NCBI GenBank assembly: GCA_030612885.1
Contig: JAUWMZ010000003.1
Span: 69,578-133,577 of the forward strand
Reading direction: 5' to 3'
Length of the DNA: 64,000 bases
Origin: Candidatus Nealsonbacteria bacterium
GTDB taxonomy: Bacteria; Patescibacteriota; Minisyncoccia; Minisyncoccales; JAGMDC01
The notes beneath the pieces were generated by a model. The model ran no database searches and had not been told where the DNA came from. It was given only the letters and a program-made list of their open reading frames with translations. This document shows positions 7,579 through 15,746 of this stretch, piece after piece; the first letter of the stretch is position 1, and every line of letters begins with the position of its first letter. The position numbers and the translations under genes were made by a program.

Positions 7579-8610
7579 ATGGATATAAAAGCATTAATCT
7601 TAAAACACCTAAAAAAGAATAAGAAAGTTAAAGTTGCTGATATAGTTAAAGCAACTGGGTTTTCGCGCGCCTATATCAATAGATTCTTTAGGGAATTAGT
7701 AAATCAAGAAAAAATTGCTTTAATTGGAAAAGCAAACAGGGCTTATTATATTGAAGCTAAAAAGGGTGTTGTCCGAAAAACAAAAAGAGAAATTTTAAGT
7801 ATAAAACGGATTCTTAAGAACAAAAATCTTTCTGAATCTGATATTTTAGACCAAATTAAAAAAGATTGCGGGATATTTTTGGATTTACCAAAAAATATCG
7901 TTTCCATTTTGGATTACGCTTTTACTGAGATGTTAAACAATGCTATTGAACATTCTAATTCAAAAGAAATAGTTGTTATAATGGAAAAAAATAAACTTAG
8001 CGTCAATTTTGAAGTGATTGATTTTGGAATAGGTATTTTTAATAATTTGATGGCAAAAAGAGGATTAAAAAACGAATTAGAAGCAATTCAGGACCTTTTA
8101 AAAGGAAAACAAACCACTGTTCCTAAAGAACATACAGGCGAGGGCATTTTTTTTACTTCAAAAGTAGCTGACAGATTAATTATTAATAGCTCAACCAAGA
8201 AATTGATTATTGACAACCAGCTCAATGATATTTTTATTAAAGACATAAAAGCAATTAAAGGAACAAAAGTGCGGTTTGAAATTGGCAAAAAAGCTATGCA
8301 AAATTTAAATGCTGTATTTAGAAAATTTGCTGGAGATACATTTGAATTTAGTAAAACCGAAGTGACGGTCGACCTTTATCAGATGAATAATGTTTTCATT
8401 TCGCGTTCTCAAGCACGAAGAGTTCTTAGCGGATTGGACAAATTTAGAACAATAATTATTGATTTTAAGAATATTGAGGCCATTGGTCAATCTTTTGCTG
8501 ATGAAGTTTTTAGAGTTTGGCAAAGTCATCATTCAGGGATTGATATTAAGTATAAAAACGCTAATGAAAATGTGCTATTTATGATTAAACGAGCACAGGT
8601 TAAAAATTAA
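7579..8610 (+). CDS. Three-domain protein: N-terminal winged-HTH, GHKL (HATPase_c) ATPase, C-terminal STAS-like DUF4325
   Basis: wHTH: VKVADIVKATGFSRAYINRFFRELV. GHKL N box EMLNNAIEHS, G1 DFGIGIF, G2 GEGIFF. C-terminus SRSQARRVLSGLDKFRTIIIDFKNIEAIGQSFADEVFRVW is typical of DUF4325. Confidence 0.7.
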   Translation: MDIKALILKHLKKNKKVKVADIVKATGFSRAYINRFFRELVNQEKIALIGKANRAYYIEAKKGVVRKTKREILSIKRILKNKNLSESDILDQIKKDCGIFLDLPKNIVSILDYAFTEMLNNAIEHSNSKEIVVIMEKNKLSVNFEVIDFGIGIFNNLMAKRGLKNELEAIQDLLKGKQTTVPKEHTGEGIFFTSKVADRLIINSSTKKLIIDNQLNDIFIKDIKAIKGTKVRFEIGKKAMQNLNAVFRKFAGDTFEFSKTEVTVDLYQMNNVFISRSQARRVLSGLDKFRTIIIDFKNIEAIGQSFADEVFRVWQSHHSGIDIKYKNANENVLFMIKRAQVKN

Positions 8611-8614
8611 GAAC

Positions 8615-8663
8615 CTGCCTCGCTTTGCTCGGCAGAACCTTGATTTCTCGCTTCGCTCGAAAT
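8615..8663. repeat. Two adjacent hairpins with different stems but near-identical loops
   Basis: CTGCC(tcgctttgctc)GGCAG at 8615-8635 and ATTTC(tcgcttcgctc)GAAAT at 8643-8663. The second loop is the complement of GAGCGAAGCGA, which contains GCGAAGC. Confidence 0.75.
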
Positions 8664-8670
8664 TAAAATT

Positions 8671-9216
8671 ATGGAAAATCAAGAAAAAAGAATTTTTCTA
8701 ATCGGGATTTTAGGTGGAATAACGGGAGTGATTTTGGTTTTTGGCGGAATTTTTTTGTTTTTTATTTCAATGGAAAAGCTGCATACTATTCAAGTTAATT
8801 GTCTGCCTGAAAAATCAGTTGAGGCAAGAGATATTAGCTGCGAGATTTTAGAAGTTAAGGAAATGGGAAATATATTAAAAGCAGCAGAAATAGCGTCTCC
8901 GCCTGTTAATGAAGAGGAATTAAAAAGAATAAAGGATTTGAAAACAGAAGGAAAGTTTGTGAAAGTAAAAGTGAAAGTATTGAATAAAAGAAAAGATTCA
9001 ATTAATCTTTCAACTGTTTATTTTATTGACGGAGAAGGAAGAAAATTTATTGCTTCCTATAAGGCCAATTATTGGCTGTCGGAAGAAGAGAAGTTTAGCG
9101 GAAGCATTCTCCCTGATACGGAAAAAGAGTTTGCTAAAATTTTTGAAATTTCAGAAAATTCTGATTTAGCTAAGTTGAAAATAAAATTTCATCGCCAAAG
9201 TATAATATTTGATTAA
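8671..9216 (+). CDS. Membrane-anchored protein, DUF4352-like
   Basis: N-terminal TM helix, then a beta-rich domain (GKFVKVKVKVLNKRKDSINLS...FIDGEGRKF) resembling DUF4352. Confidence 0.45.
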   Translation: MENQEKRIFLIGILGGITGVILVFGGIFLFFISMEKLHTIQVNCLPEKSVEARDISCEILEVKEMGNILKAAEIASPPVNEEELKRIKDLKTEGKFVKVKVKVLNKRKDSINLSTVYFIDGEGRKFIASYKANYWLSEEEKFSGSILPDTEKEFAKIFEISENSDLAKLKIKFHRQSIIFD

Positions 9217-9224
9217 TCAAAAAA

Positions 9225-9455
9225 ATGCTGATTAAGGTCAAGGTTTTCCCAAATTCAAAAAAGAGAGAAATAATTAAAAAATTAGAGGATACTTTTGAGG
9301 TTAAAGTAAAGGAAAAACCAATAAAAGGACAGGCGAATAAAGCAGTAAAAGAAGTTTTAGCTTCTTACTTTAAGATTTCTAAATCAAGAATTAGGTTAAT
9401 TAAAGGGTTTAAGCAAAGAAACAAGGTTTTCTCGCTTTCTTCTAAAACCTTGTGA
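9225..9455 (+). CDS. DUF167 (YggU-like) family protein
   Basis: MLIKVKVFPNSKKREI...VKVKEKPIKGQANKAVKEVLASYFKISKSRIRLIKG matches the YggU/DUF167 pattern. The last 11 codons are read through a 10-bp-stem hairpin at 9421-9453. Confidence 0.8.
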   Translation: MLIKVKVFPNSKKREIIKKLEDTFEVKVKEKPIKGQANKAVKEVLASYFKISKSRIRLIKGFKQRNKVFSLSSKTL

Positions 9456-9474
9456 AAAAAGGAAAATTTCCTGG

Positions 9475-9501
9475 AGCGAAACTATTAAGTTTCGCTTTTT
9501 T
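9475..9501 (+). terminator. Rho-independent terminator
   Basis: AGCGAAAC-tattaa-GTTTCGCT followed by TTTTTTG. Confidence 0.7.
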
Positions 9502-9512
9502 GTTGTTAGAAA

Positions 9513-9543
9513 ATTGATAAAAACCCAAAAATGAGTTAAATTA
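9513..9543 (+). promoter_or_regulatory. Promoter module ATTGATAAAAACCCAAAAATGAGTTAAATTA (copy 2)
   Basis: Identical to 6916-6946. The -10 TAAATT ends 6 nt before the ATG at 9549, which implies a leaderless transcript. Confidence 0.65.
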
Positions 9544-9548
9544 AAGTA

Positions 9549-11363
9549 ATGGAGGAAAAGAAAAACAGAATAAAAGACTTACCTAAAATAGAACGACCTA
9601 GAGAAAAATTTCTCAAAAAAGGACCGGAGGCACTTTCAAAAAGTGATCTTTTAGCAATTTTGCTTGGAAGTGGAGTAAAGGGTAAAAATGTTCAAAAACT
9701 TGCGCAACAAATAATCAAAAAATTCGGCAAGGCTTTTTTGAACATTACAGTTGATGATTTGCTGAAAATTTCAGGTATTGGCCAAGTTAAAGCATTGCAA
9801 ATTGCATCAGCAATTTCTTTAGTAAAAAGATTTTATGAAGAAGAAAAAGGGAATGAAATTGTTATAAAAAATTCAAAGGATGTTATTTCTTTGACTTATG
9901 ATTTACGGGACAAGAAAAAGGAATATCTAATCTGTTTATATTTGAATGCAAGAAATGTTTTGATCAAAAAAGAAACAATATCAATCGGCACTCTTGATAA
10001 AAGTTTATTGCACCCAAGAGAGATTTTTTATCCAGCCGTTGAATTGAATTCCGCAAGTATTATTTTGGTACATAATCATCCCACAGGAGACCCAACTCCA
10101 AGCAAAGAAGACAACACAATTGTTGAAAAAATTGTTCAGGCCGGTGAAATAATGGGAATTTCTGTTATAGATTTTATTATTACTGCAAAGAACGGAAATT
10201 ATAGTTTTCATGAAGTCTTAAGAGGGGTTGATGAAAACATAGATTATGTTGCTGAAGGCGTTCAAGTAGGTTTGTTTGACTTTCTCGAAATCAAGAAACC
10301 AACATACGAAATAGATGCAAAAAAAATTAAGGAAAATTATTTTTATATTCCGCAAGTAAAACAAAATCATATTCAATTGCATAATCGTAGGTATATTGGC
10401 AGTAAACATAAATTAATAGAATGGATTTTTTCTGTTATCAATAAAGAGTGCGGAGGAGATTCTTTTGCTGATGTTTTTGCAGGAACGGGAATTGTGTCAG
10501 CTATAGCTACAAAACATTTTAAAAAAATTATACTAAACGATTTTCTTTATTCTAATTATGCAATATACCAAGCTTTTTTTGGAAATGGCGAATGGAATAA
10601 AAATAAAATAGACAACATTATCAAAGATTATAACAATATTTATGGAGAGGATTTAGAAGACAATTATTTTTCTAATTATTTTGGTGGTAAATATTTTAGC
10701 TATAATTCATCAAAAATTATTGGTTTCGTCAGGGAGAATATAGAGAAAAATAAAAATAATTTAACAAGCAGAGAATATTATATGCTTATTGCATCTTTGT
10801 TATATACGGTCGATAAAATTGCTAATACTGTCGGACATTACGATGCATATTTTAAAAAAGATTCTATAAATGATGATTTCTTTATGAAACCGATTGACCC
10901 TGTTAATGTTGATGAAATATCTATTTTTAGAGAAGATACGAACCTTTTGGTAAAAAAAATAAAAGCAGATGTAGTTTATATTGATCCGCCCTATAACTCC
11001 AGACAATATAGCCGGTTTTATCATGTACTTGAAACACTTACTAAATGGGATAAACCAAAATTACATGGAGTTGCATTAAAACCAGATCCAGAAAATATGA
11101 GTGATTATTGTAGAATCAATGCAAAGACTAGGTTTGCGGAACTTGTAAGGTATATTGATGCTCGGTATTTGGTTGTTTCATATAATAATACATATGACTC
11201 CAAAAGTAATTCATCAAAAAATAAAATTACGCTTCAAGAAATTGAAAAAATCTTACAGAGGAAAGGCAAAACTAAAGTCTTTGAAAAGGATTATAAGTAC
11301 TTTAACGCTGGAAACACAAATTTTAATAACCACAAAGAATATTTATTTGTCACTAAAGTTTAA
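9549..11363 (+). CDS. Fusion protein: full-length RadC-like JAB/MPN domain (about aa 1-225) plus a D12-class N6-adenine DNA methyltransferase
   Basis: RadC part: HhH ISGIGQVKALQI and JAMM motif LVHNHPTGDPTPSKED. MTase part: RRYIGSKHKL, FAGTGIVS (AdoMet site) and VVYIDPPYNSRQYSRFYH (DPPY catalytic motif). The frame is continuous across the junction. Confidence 0.8.
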   Translation: MEEKKNRIKDLPKIERPREKFLKKGPEALSKSDLLAILLGSGVKGKNVQKLAQQIIKKFGKAFLNITVDDLLKISGIGQVKALQIASAISLVKRFYEEEKGNEIVIKNSKDVISLTYDLRDKKKEYLICLYLNARNVLIKKETISIGTLDKSLLHPREIFYPAVELNSASIILVHNHPTGDPTPSKEDNTIVEKIVQAGEIMGISVIDFIITAKNGNYSFHEVLRGVDENIDYVAEGVQVGLFDFLEIKKPTYEIDAKKIKENYFYIPQVKQNHIQLHNRRYIGSKHKLIEWIFSVINKECGGDSFADVFAGTGIVSAIATKHFKKIILNDFLYSNYAIYQAFFGNGEWNKNKIDNIIKDYNNIYGEDLEDNYFSNYFGGKYFSYNSSKIIGFVRENIEKNKNNLTSREYYMLIASLLYTVDKIANTVGHYDAYFKKDSINDDFFMKPIDPVNVDEISIFREDTNLLVKKIKADVVYIDPPYNSRQYSRFYHVLETLTKWDKPKLHGVALKPDPENMSDYCRINAKTRFAELVRYIDARYLVVSYNNTYDSKSNSSKNKITLQEIEKILQRKGKTKVFEKDYKYFNAGNTNFNNHKEYLFVTKV

Positions 11364-11365
11364 AT

Positions 11366-12271
11366 ATGGATAGCAAAATCAAAAGATCCCCGCTATTCTA
11401 TGTCGGAGATAAATACAAGATAATGAGACAGATTAAAAATTTATTTCCTAAAGAAATAAATAATTTTTACGAGCCTTTTGTTGGTGGTGGTACTGTGTTT
11501 TTGAATATTGAGGCCAAAAAGTATTATCTAAATGATATAGATAAAAACCTTATTAATATACACAAGTTTTTAATTAAAAATTCAAGCAATCCAAATGAAT
11601 TTTTCAGAAGTATAAAAAAAATAATACGTAAATACAAATTATCTAGATCATATGAAGAGGATATAATTCCGGCTCGACTAAAGAAGAAATGGAAAAAAAC
11701 CTATTTTGCTAGATTCAACAAAGAAGGTTATGGAAAATTGAGGGAATGTGTCAATAAAAATAAAAAGAACGACCACTTAATTTTGTATGTTTTGCTTATC
11801 TACGGCTTTAATAGAATGCTGAGATTTAATGGCGGAGGTAAATTTAATCTTCCCGTGGGCAACGTTGATTTTAATAAAAACGTTGTTAATGCTCTAAATA
11901 ATTATTTTGATTTTGTGCATGGTAAAAAAATATCATTTTGCTCAAAAGATTTTAGAGGTTTTTTTTCTGGAAGAAAATACCTGAAAAACGATTTTGTTTA
12001 TTTGGATCCACCTTATTTAATTTCAGCAAGTGAATATAATAAATTTTGGGATAAAAAAGCTGAATATGATTTATTAAGTTCGATTGACGACTTGAATAAA
12101 AAAAGCGTTAAGTTTGCGTTGTCGAATATAACTCATTATAACGGGAATAAAAATAACTTGTTGATTAAATGGATGAAAAAATATAAAGCATATAAAATAA
12201 ATAGTAATTATATTAGCTATCACGACAATAAGAAAAAGAAAATCAAAGAGGTGTTAATTACTAATTCTTAA
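11366..12271 (+). CDS. Dam-family (D12 class) N6-adenine DNA methyltransferase
   Basis: FYVGDKYKIM..., FYEPFVGGGTVF (motif I) and FVYLDPPY (motif IV). Starts 2 nt after the preceding stop. Confidence 0.85.
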   Translation: MDSKIKRSPLFYVGDKYKIMRQIKNLFPKEINNFYEPFVGGGTVFLNIEAKKYYLNDIDKNLINIHKFLIKNSSNPNEFFRSIKKIIRKYKLSRSYEEDIIPARLKKKWKKTYFARFNKEGYGKLRECVNKNKKNDHLILYVLLIYGFNRMLRFNGGGKFNLPVGNVDFNKNVVNALNNYFDFVHGKKISFCSKDFRGFFSGRKYLKNDFVYLDPPYLISASEYNKFWDKKAEYDLLSSIDDLNKKSVKFALSNITHYNGNKNNLLIKWMKKYKAYKINSNYISYHDNKKKKIKEVLITNS

Positions 12272-12274
12272 CTT

Positions 12275-13813
12275 ATGGAGAAACGCCAGTCAGAATATAA
12301 GCCTTTATTATTCACAACGACACTTAGAAATCCCGAAAGATTGAAGTGGTTTTTAGGAGTGTTTAAAAATTATGATGGTAAAATTCTTACTAATGATTTA
12401 GCGAAAGAAATTGCTGGAGAAATAATAAGAATTGGATTGTATACTCCAACAAACTTGAGTGCATCTATAAAAAACAAAATAAAATCAAAAGAGCTTTTAA
12501 CTAATGAAGAAGTTTTAAAAGTTCTAAAAGATAATCCTCAAAATCATAAAGAAGCGGGTTTTAGCAAAGGATGGCCATCTAGATTTGATACTTGGTTCAA
12601 AATAGCAAAAGAATTGGGTTTCGTTTATTACAGGATTGGAGAAAAAATTAAATTTTCTGAGATTGGCTTAAAACTCATTAATAACAAGCATCCCGAATTT
12701 GAACAACAAGCATTCCTCAATGCTTTTGTAAAATATCAAAGCAATAATCCACTTAGACGCACATTAAATGAAAATGTCCCATTAATACTTCTACTTGAGG
12801 TAATTTCAAGATTGAATAAAGATAAAAATTTCAACGGAAGTGGTATCTCAAAATTAGAATTGCCATTAGTCATCTTTTGGAAAAATAATAATTCAGAAAA
12901 ATTATATCAATTAATAAAGGAGATAAGGAAAAAATACAGCTATAATCCAAGCTGGGAAGTAATCGTTGATATTTGTCTTAATCGAATCATGGAAGGTAAA
13001 TTTAAGAAATTCAATCATAAATCAATTATGATCGATTATCCGGATGAATTTATAAGAAAGATGAGACTCACGGGGTTAATTTCTTTAAGGGGCGGTGGTC
13101 GTTTTATTGATATCAACAAAAATGAACAGAAAAAAGTCAATTATGCTCTTAAAAATTATTCTAAATATAAGAAATACAAAACAGAAAAGGAATATTTTGT
13201 GTACATGGCAAGAATTGATAAGAGTTTGATTTTATCTGCAGCTAAGCCGGTAAGCGCGGATGAGAGAGACAAGTTTTTAGCTAAATGGATTAGTGTTTAT
13301 TCTTGGACTACGATTAAAGAAGAAATAATCAACTTGGCTAGAAAAAAATTAACAAAAGATGATATTCTAAAATATCTTTCAAATCCGATACGATTGGAAT
13401 TTCTTGTTGCCTTAGCAGTTAAATCCAAATTTTCAAATATAAAGGTTATACCTAATTATCCTTATGACGATGAGGGATTGCCGACCTCAACTGCTGGCGG
13501 TATAGGCGATAAAGGTGATATTGAATGCTACGAGGACATCAATAGAATTTTAATTGAGGTAACTATGTCCGAAGGAAGAACGCAAACAGTTATGGAGATA
13601 TGGCCCATAACCAGACATTTGGAAGAATTTAGTAAAAATAATGAGAACTCCATGTGTTATTTTGTTGCACCTAGTATATTTAAGGACTCGCAGAGACAAA
13701 TTGAATACGTGAAAGATAAAGAAAATCTTTTTATTCTGCCGAAAACTATTGAAGAATTTTTGAAACATATAAGTAACAGAGAAAAATTATTTTGTACCAT
13801 TAGTTCAAAATAA
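12275..13813 (+). CDS. Putative type II restriction endonuclease (possibly AlwI-like family)
   Basis: 512-aa ORF 3 nt downstream of two MTases. The C-terminal AGGIGDKGDIECYEDINRILIEVTMSEGRTQ has a D...E-x-T/K nuclease-like core. The AlwI-family assignment is from memory of the family pattern only. Confidence 0.5.
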   Translation: MEKRQSEYKPLLFTTTLRNPERLKWFLGVFKNYDGKILTNDLAKEIAGEIIRIGLYTPTNLSASIKNKIKSKELLTNEEVLKVLKDNPQNHKEAGFSKGWPSRFDTWFKIAKELGFVYYRIGEKIKFSEIGLKLINNKHPEFEQQAFLNAFVKYQSNNPLRRTLNENVPLILLLEVISRLNKDKNFNGSGISKLELPLVIFWKNNNSEKLYQLIKEIRKKYSYNPSWEVIVDICLNRIMEGKFKKFNHKSIMIDYPDEFIRKMRLTGLISLRGGGRFIDINKNEQKKVNYALKNYSKYKKYKTEKEYFVYMARIDKSLILSAAKPVSADERDKFLAKWISVYSWTTIKEEIINLARKKLTKDDILKYLSNPIRLEFLVALAVKSKFSNIKVIPNYPYDDEGLPTSTAGGIGDKGDIECYEDINRILIEVTMSEGRTQTVMEIWPITRHLEEFSKNNENSMCYFVAPSIFKDSQRQIEYVKDKENLFILPKTIEEFLKHISNREKLFCTISSK

Positions 13814-13861
13814 TTTTAAGGTATTATTTAAGCAATACAATTAAAATAAATTATCTTAAAA

Positions 13862-14725
13862 ATGTCATATCCTAAAACAATTAAAATTTATCTTGTTGAT
13901 GGTAAACCTGATGGAATTAAGACAGCAGAATTAAGTAATTGGGTGGGTAAAGCTATTGCTATACCGAGAAATAAGTTGAAAGATGTTAAAGAAAGAAAAG
14001 AATGTAATCAACCATCAATTTATTTTCTATTTGGTAAAGAAGACGAAAAATCTGTTTTGCCATATGTTTATATTGGTGAAGCTGAAATTTTATGGAAAAG
14101 ATTGATAACCCATGAAAGTAGCAAAGATTTTTGGCAAATGGCTGTTGCTTTTGTAAGTAAAGATAATAATTTAACTAAAGCTCATATTAAATATTTGGAG
14201 AGTTGTTGTTTGGGTATAGCAAAGTCAATATCTCGTTGTCTTTTGCAAAACACTTCTGAAAGTGCCTTGCCAAATCTTTCAGAATCCGACGTCTCTGAAA
14301 TGCAAGAATATTTGGATAATTTAAAAATCCTTTTAGCCAGTTTGGGATACCCTATTCTGCAAGAACCTGCGACAAGACAAGATAGAGACGTTGGAGTATT
14401 GCTTTATTGCCGAAGGAAAGGAGCCATAGGGATAGGTAGAATGACTAATGAGGGATTTATAGTTTATAAAAGTTCAACTGCCAGTACACAAATTAGTGAT
14501 GCTGTTAGAAAAAGAAATGAACACATTATTTCCTCTTTATTGCAATCCGGTCATATTAGTGAAATTTCAGATAAATTATTTAAGTTTGAAAAAGACTATC
14601 TTTTTAATAGTCCAAGTGCGGCTTCGGATTTAATAACGGGTAATTCTACGAGTGGCTGGGTATTATGGAAAACCAAACAAGGTAAAATTTTAAGGGAAGT
14701 AGAAAAGGATAAATTGAAAAATTAA
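13862..14725 (+). CDS. GIY-YIG nuclease domain protein with C-terminal DUF4357
   Basis: N-terminal SIYFLFG...YVYIGEAEILWKRL is GIY-YIG-like. C-terminal FNSPSAASDLITGNSTSGWVLWKT is typical of DUF4357. Confidence 0.7.
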   Translation: MSYPKTIKIYLVDGKPDGIKTAELSNWVGKAIAIPRNKLKDVKERKECNQPSIYFLFGKEDEKSVLPYVYIGEAEILWKRLITHESSKDFWQMAVAFVSKDNNLTKAHIKYLESCCLGIAKSISRCLLQNTSESALPNLSESDVSEMQEYLDNLKILLASLGYPILQEPATRQDRDVGVLLYCRRKGAIGIGRMTNEGFIVYKSSTASTQISDAVRKRNEHIISSLLQSGHISEISDKLFKFEKDYLFNSPSAASDLITGNSTSGWVLWKTKQGKILREVEKDKLKN

Positions 14726-14729
14726 AAAA

Positions 14730-14807
14730 ATTGACCAGTTAGTTTATAAACTTTATGGATTAACGAAAGAGGAGATTAAAATTGTTAGAAAAGAGTATGG
14801 TAAATAA
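14730..14807 (+). pseudogene. Remnant: last 25 codons of a type IIG / N6-MTase-type R-M gene
   Basis: IDQLVYKLYGLTKEEIKIVRKEYGK* is the stereotyped C-terminal tail (lVyxLYgLTeeEI) of Eco57I/TaqI-like and PglX-like enzymes. No upstream body is present. Confidence 0.6.
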
Positions 14808-15630
14808 AAAAACATATATCAATGAGCAGAAAATTTATTGGGACATTGAGGCCCCGATTCTTTATGATTATGTAAATTTTGCCAACCGACTACGGCCGTT
14901 ACAGATTCTTGATAATCAACATAAAAAGTATGGCATGCGGCAAGATGTCAAAAGAATGTATCTTGTGTTGTTTACCGAATTATATCAAAAGAGCCTTGAG
15001 GATTTAGCTGTTATTTTGCTCGCATTATACCGACGCTTTAATACTGATATGGCTTGTACATATCAGAAAAAGTTTAAGCAAAAAACTACGCCGGTTACTT
15101 ACACACTTATTAATTATAAAATAAAAGAAGCCACAATAAAAAATATTACTGATAAGTGTGTTTCAGAAAATGATTTTATTGGCAAACTACACATAGATGA
15201 TTTGGCTACACTTAATATAAATCTGTTATTGCCCCTTTTGGATATTCACGCATTTTACAGCGAACTTTATCAAAATATTCTCGCTTGGAAAAATGATCAA
15301 GAAAAGAGATTCCGAATTTATAACAAAATCAAACACGGAGCCGCTGTGGTGGGTAGTGCAAAAATTCTCAATAGTAAAAACGAGAATGCGCCAGCAGTAA
15401 TCTATGCGGATAAGGATGCGAATCTGACAGATCATCCGTTAATAGTTCATAGTCTTCATTTCATAAAAGACGAGTTTATTTTGCTCCAAAATGGGGTAGT
15501 GAAAGTCAGTGATTGTATTAGGGACCTTTTGGCTATTTATCTTTGCAAAAATTACCCAGACTTTTTAAAGAAACAAGGTTTTTCGTCGCCGTTGTTATTC
15601 TTTCAACAACGAAGACCATCTAATTCATAG
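14797..15630 (+). CDS. Hypothetical protein with a possible HEPN-like Rx6H motif
   Basis: ATG at 14797; the TTG start listed at 14782 overlaps the remnant. Contains KRFRIYNKIKHGAAV. No firm family assignment. Confidence 0.45.
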   Translation: MVNKKTYINEQKIYWDIEAPILYDYVNFANRLRPLQILDNQHKKYGMRQDVKRMYLVLFTELYQKSLEDLAVILLALYRRFNTDMACTYQKKFKQKTTPVTYTLINYKIKEATIKNITDKCVSENDFIGKLHIDDLATLNINLLLPLLDIHAFYSELYQNILAWKNDQEKRFRIYNKIKHGAAVVGSAKILNSKNENAPAVIYADKDANLTDHPLIVHSLHFIKDEFILLQNGVVKVSDCIRDLLAIYLCKNYPDFLKKQGFSSPLLFFQQRRPSNS

Positions 15631-15746
15631 AGGGAGGGAAAAAATATATTGGATTAATTCTATTTTCTGACACCACCCGAATTGAATCTGAGGGAATTTT
15701 AACTAAGTAATCAATTTTAGATAAAGCATTTAAAAAAATAAAAAAT

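Noticed and set aside
11155-11373. + strand ORF of 72 aa in an alternative frame at the end of the RadC-MTase gene
   Set aside because: It overlaps the MTase frame, which carries conserved sequence. The alternative frame is Lys/Ile low-complexity.
12275-13813. Linking the conserved GGAGTCAG motif to a PleI/MlyI-type GAGTC recognition site of the putative AlwI-family nuclease
   Set aside because: Only two of the five motif copies contain GAGTC, and the nuclease family assignment is itself uncertain. This is treated as coincidence.
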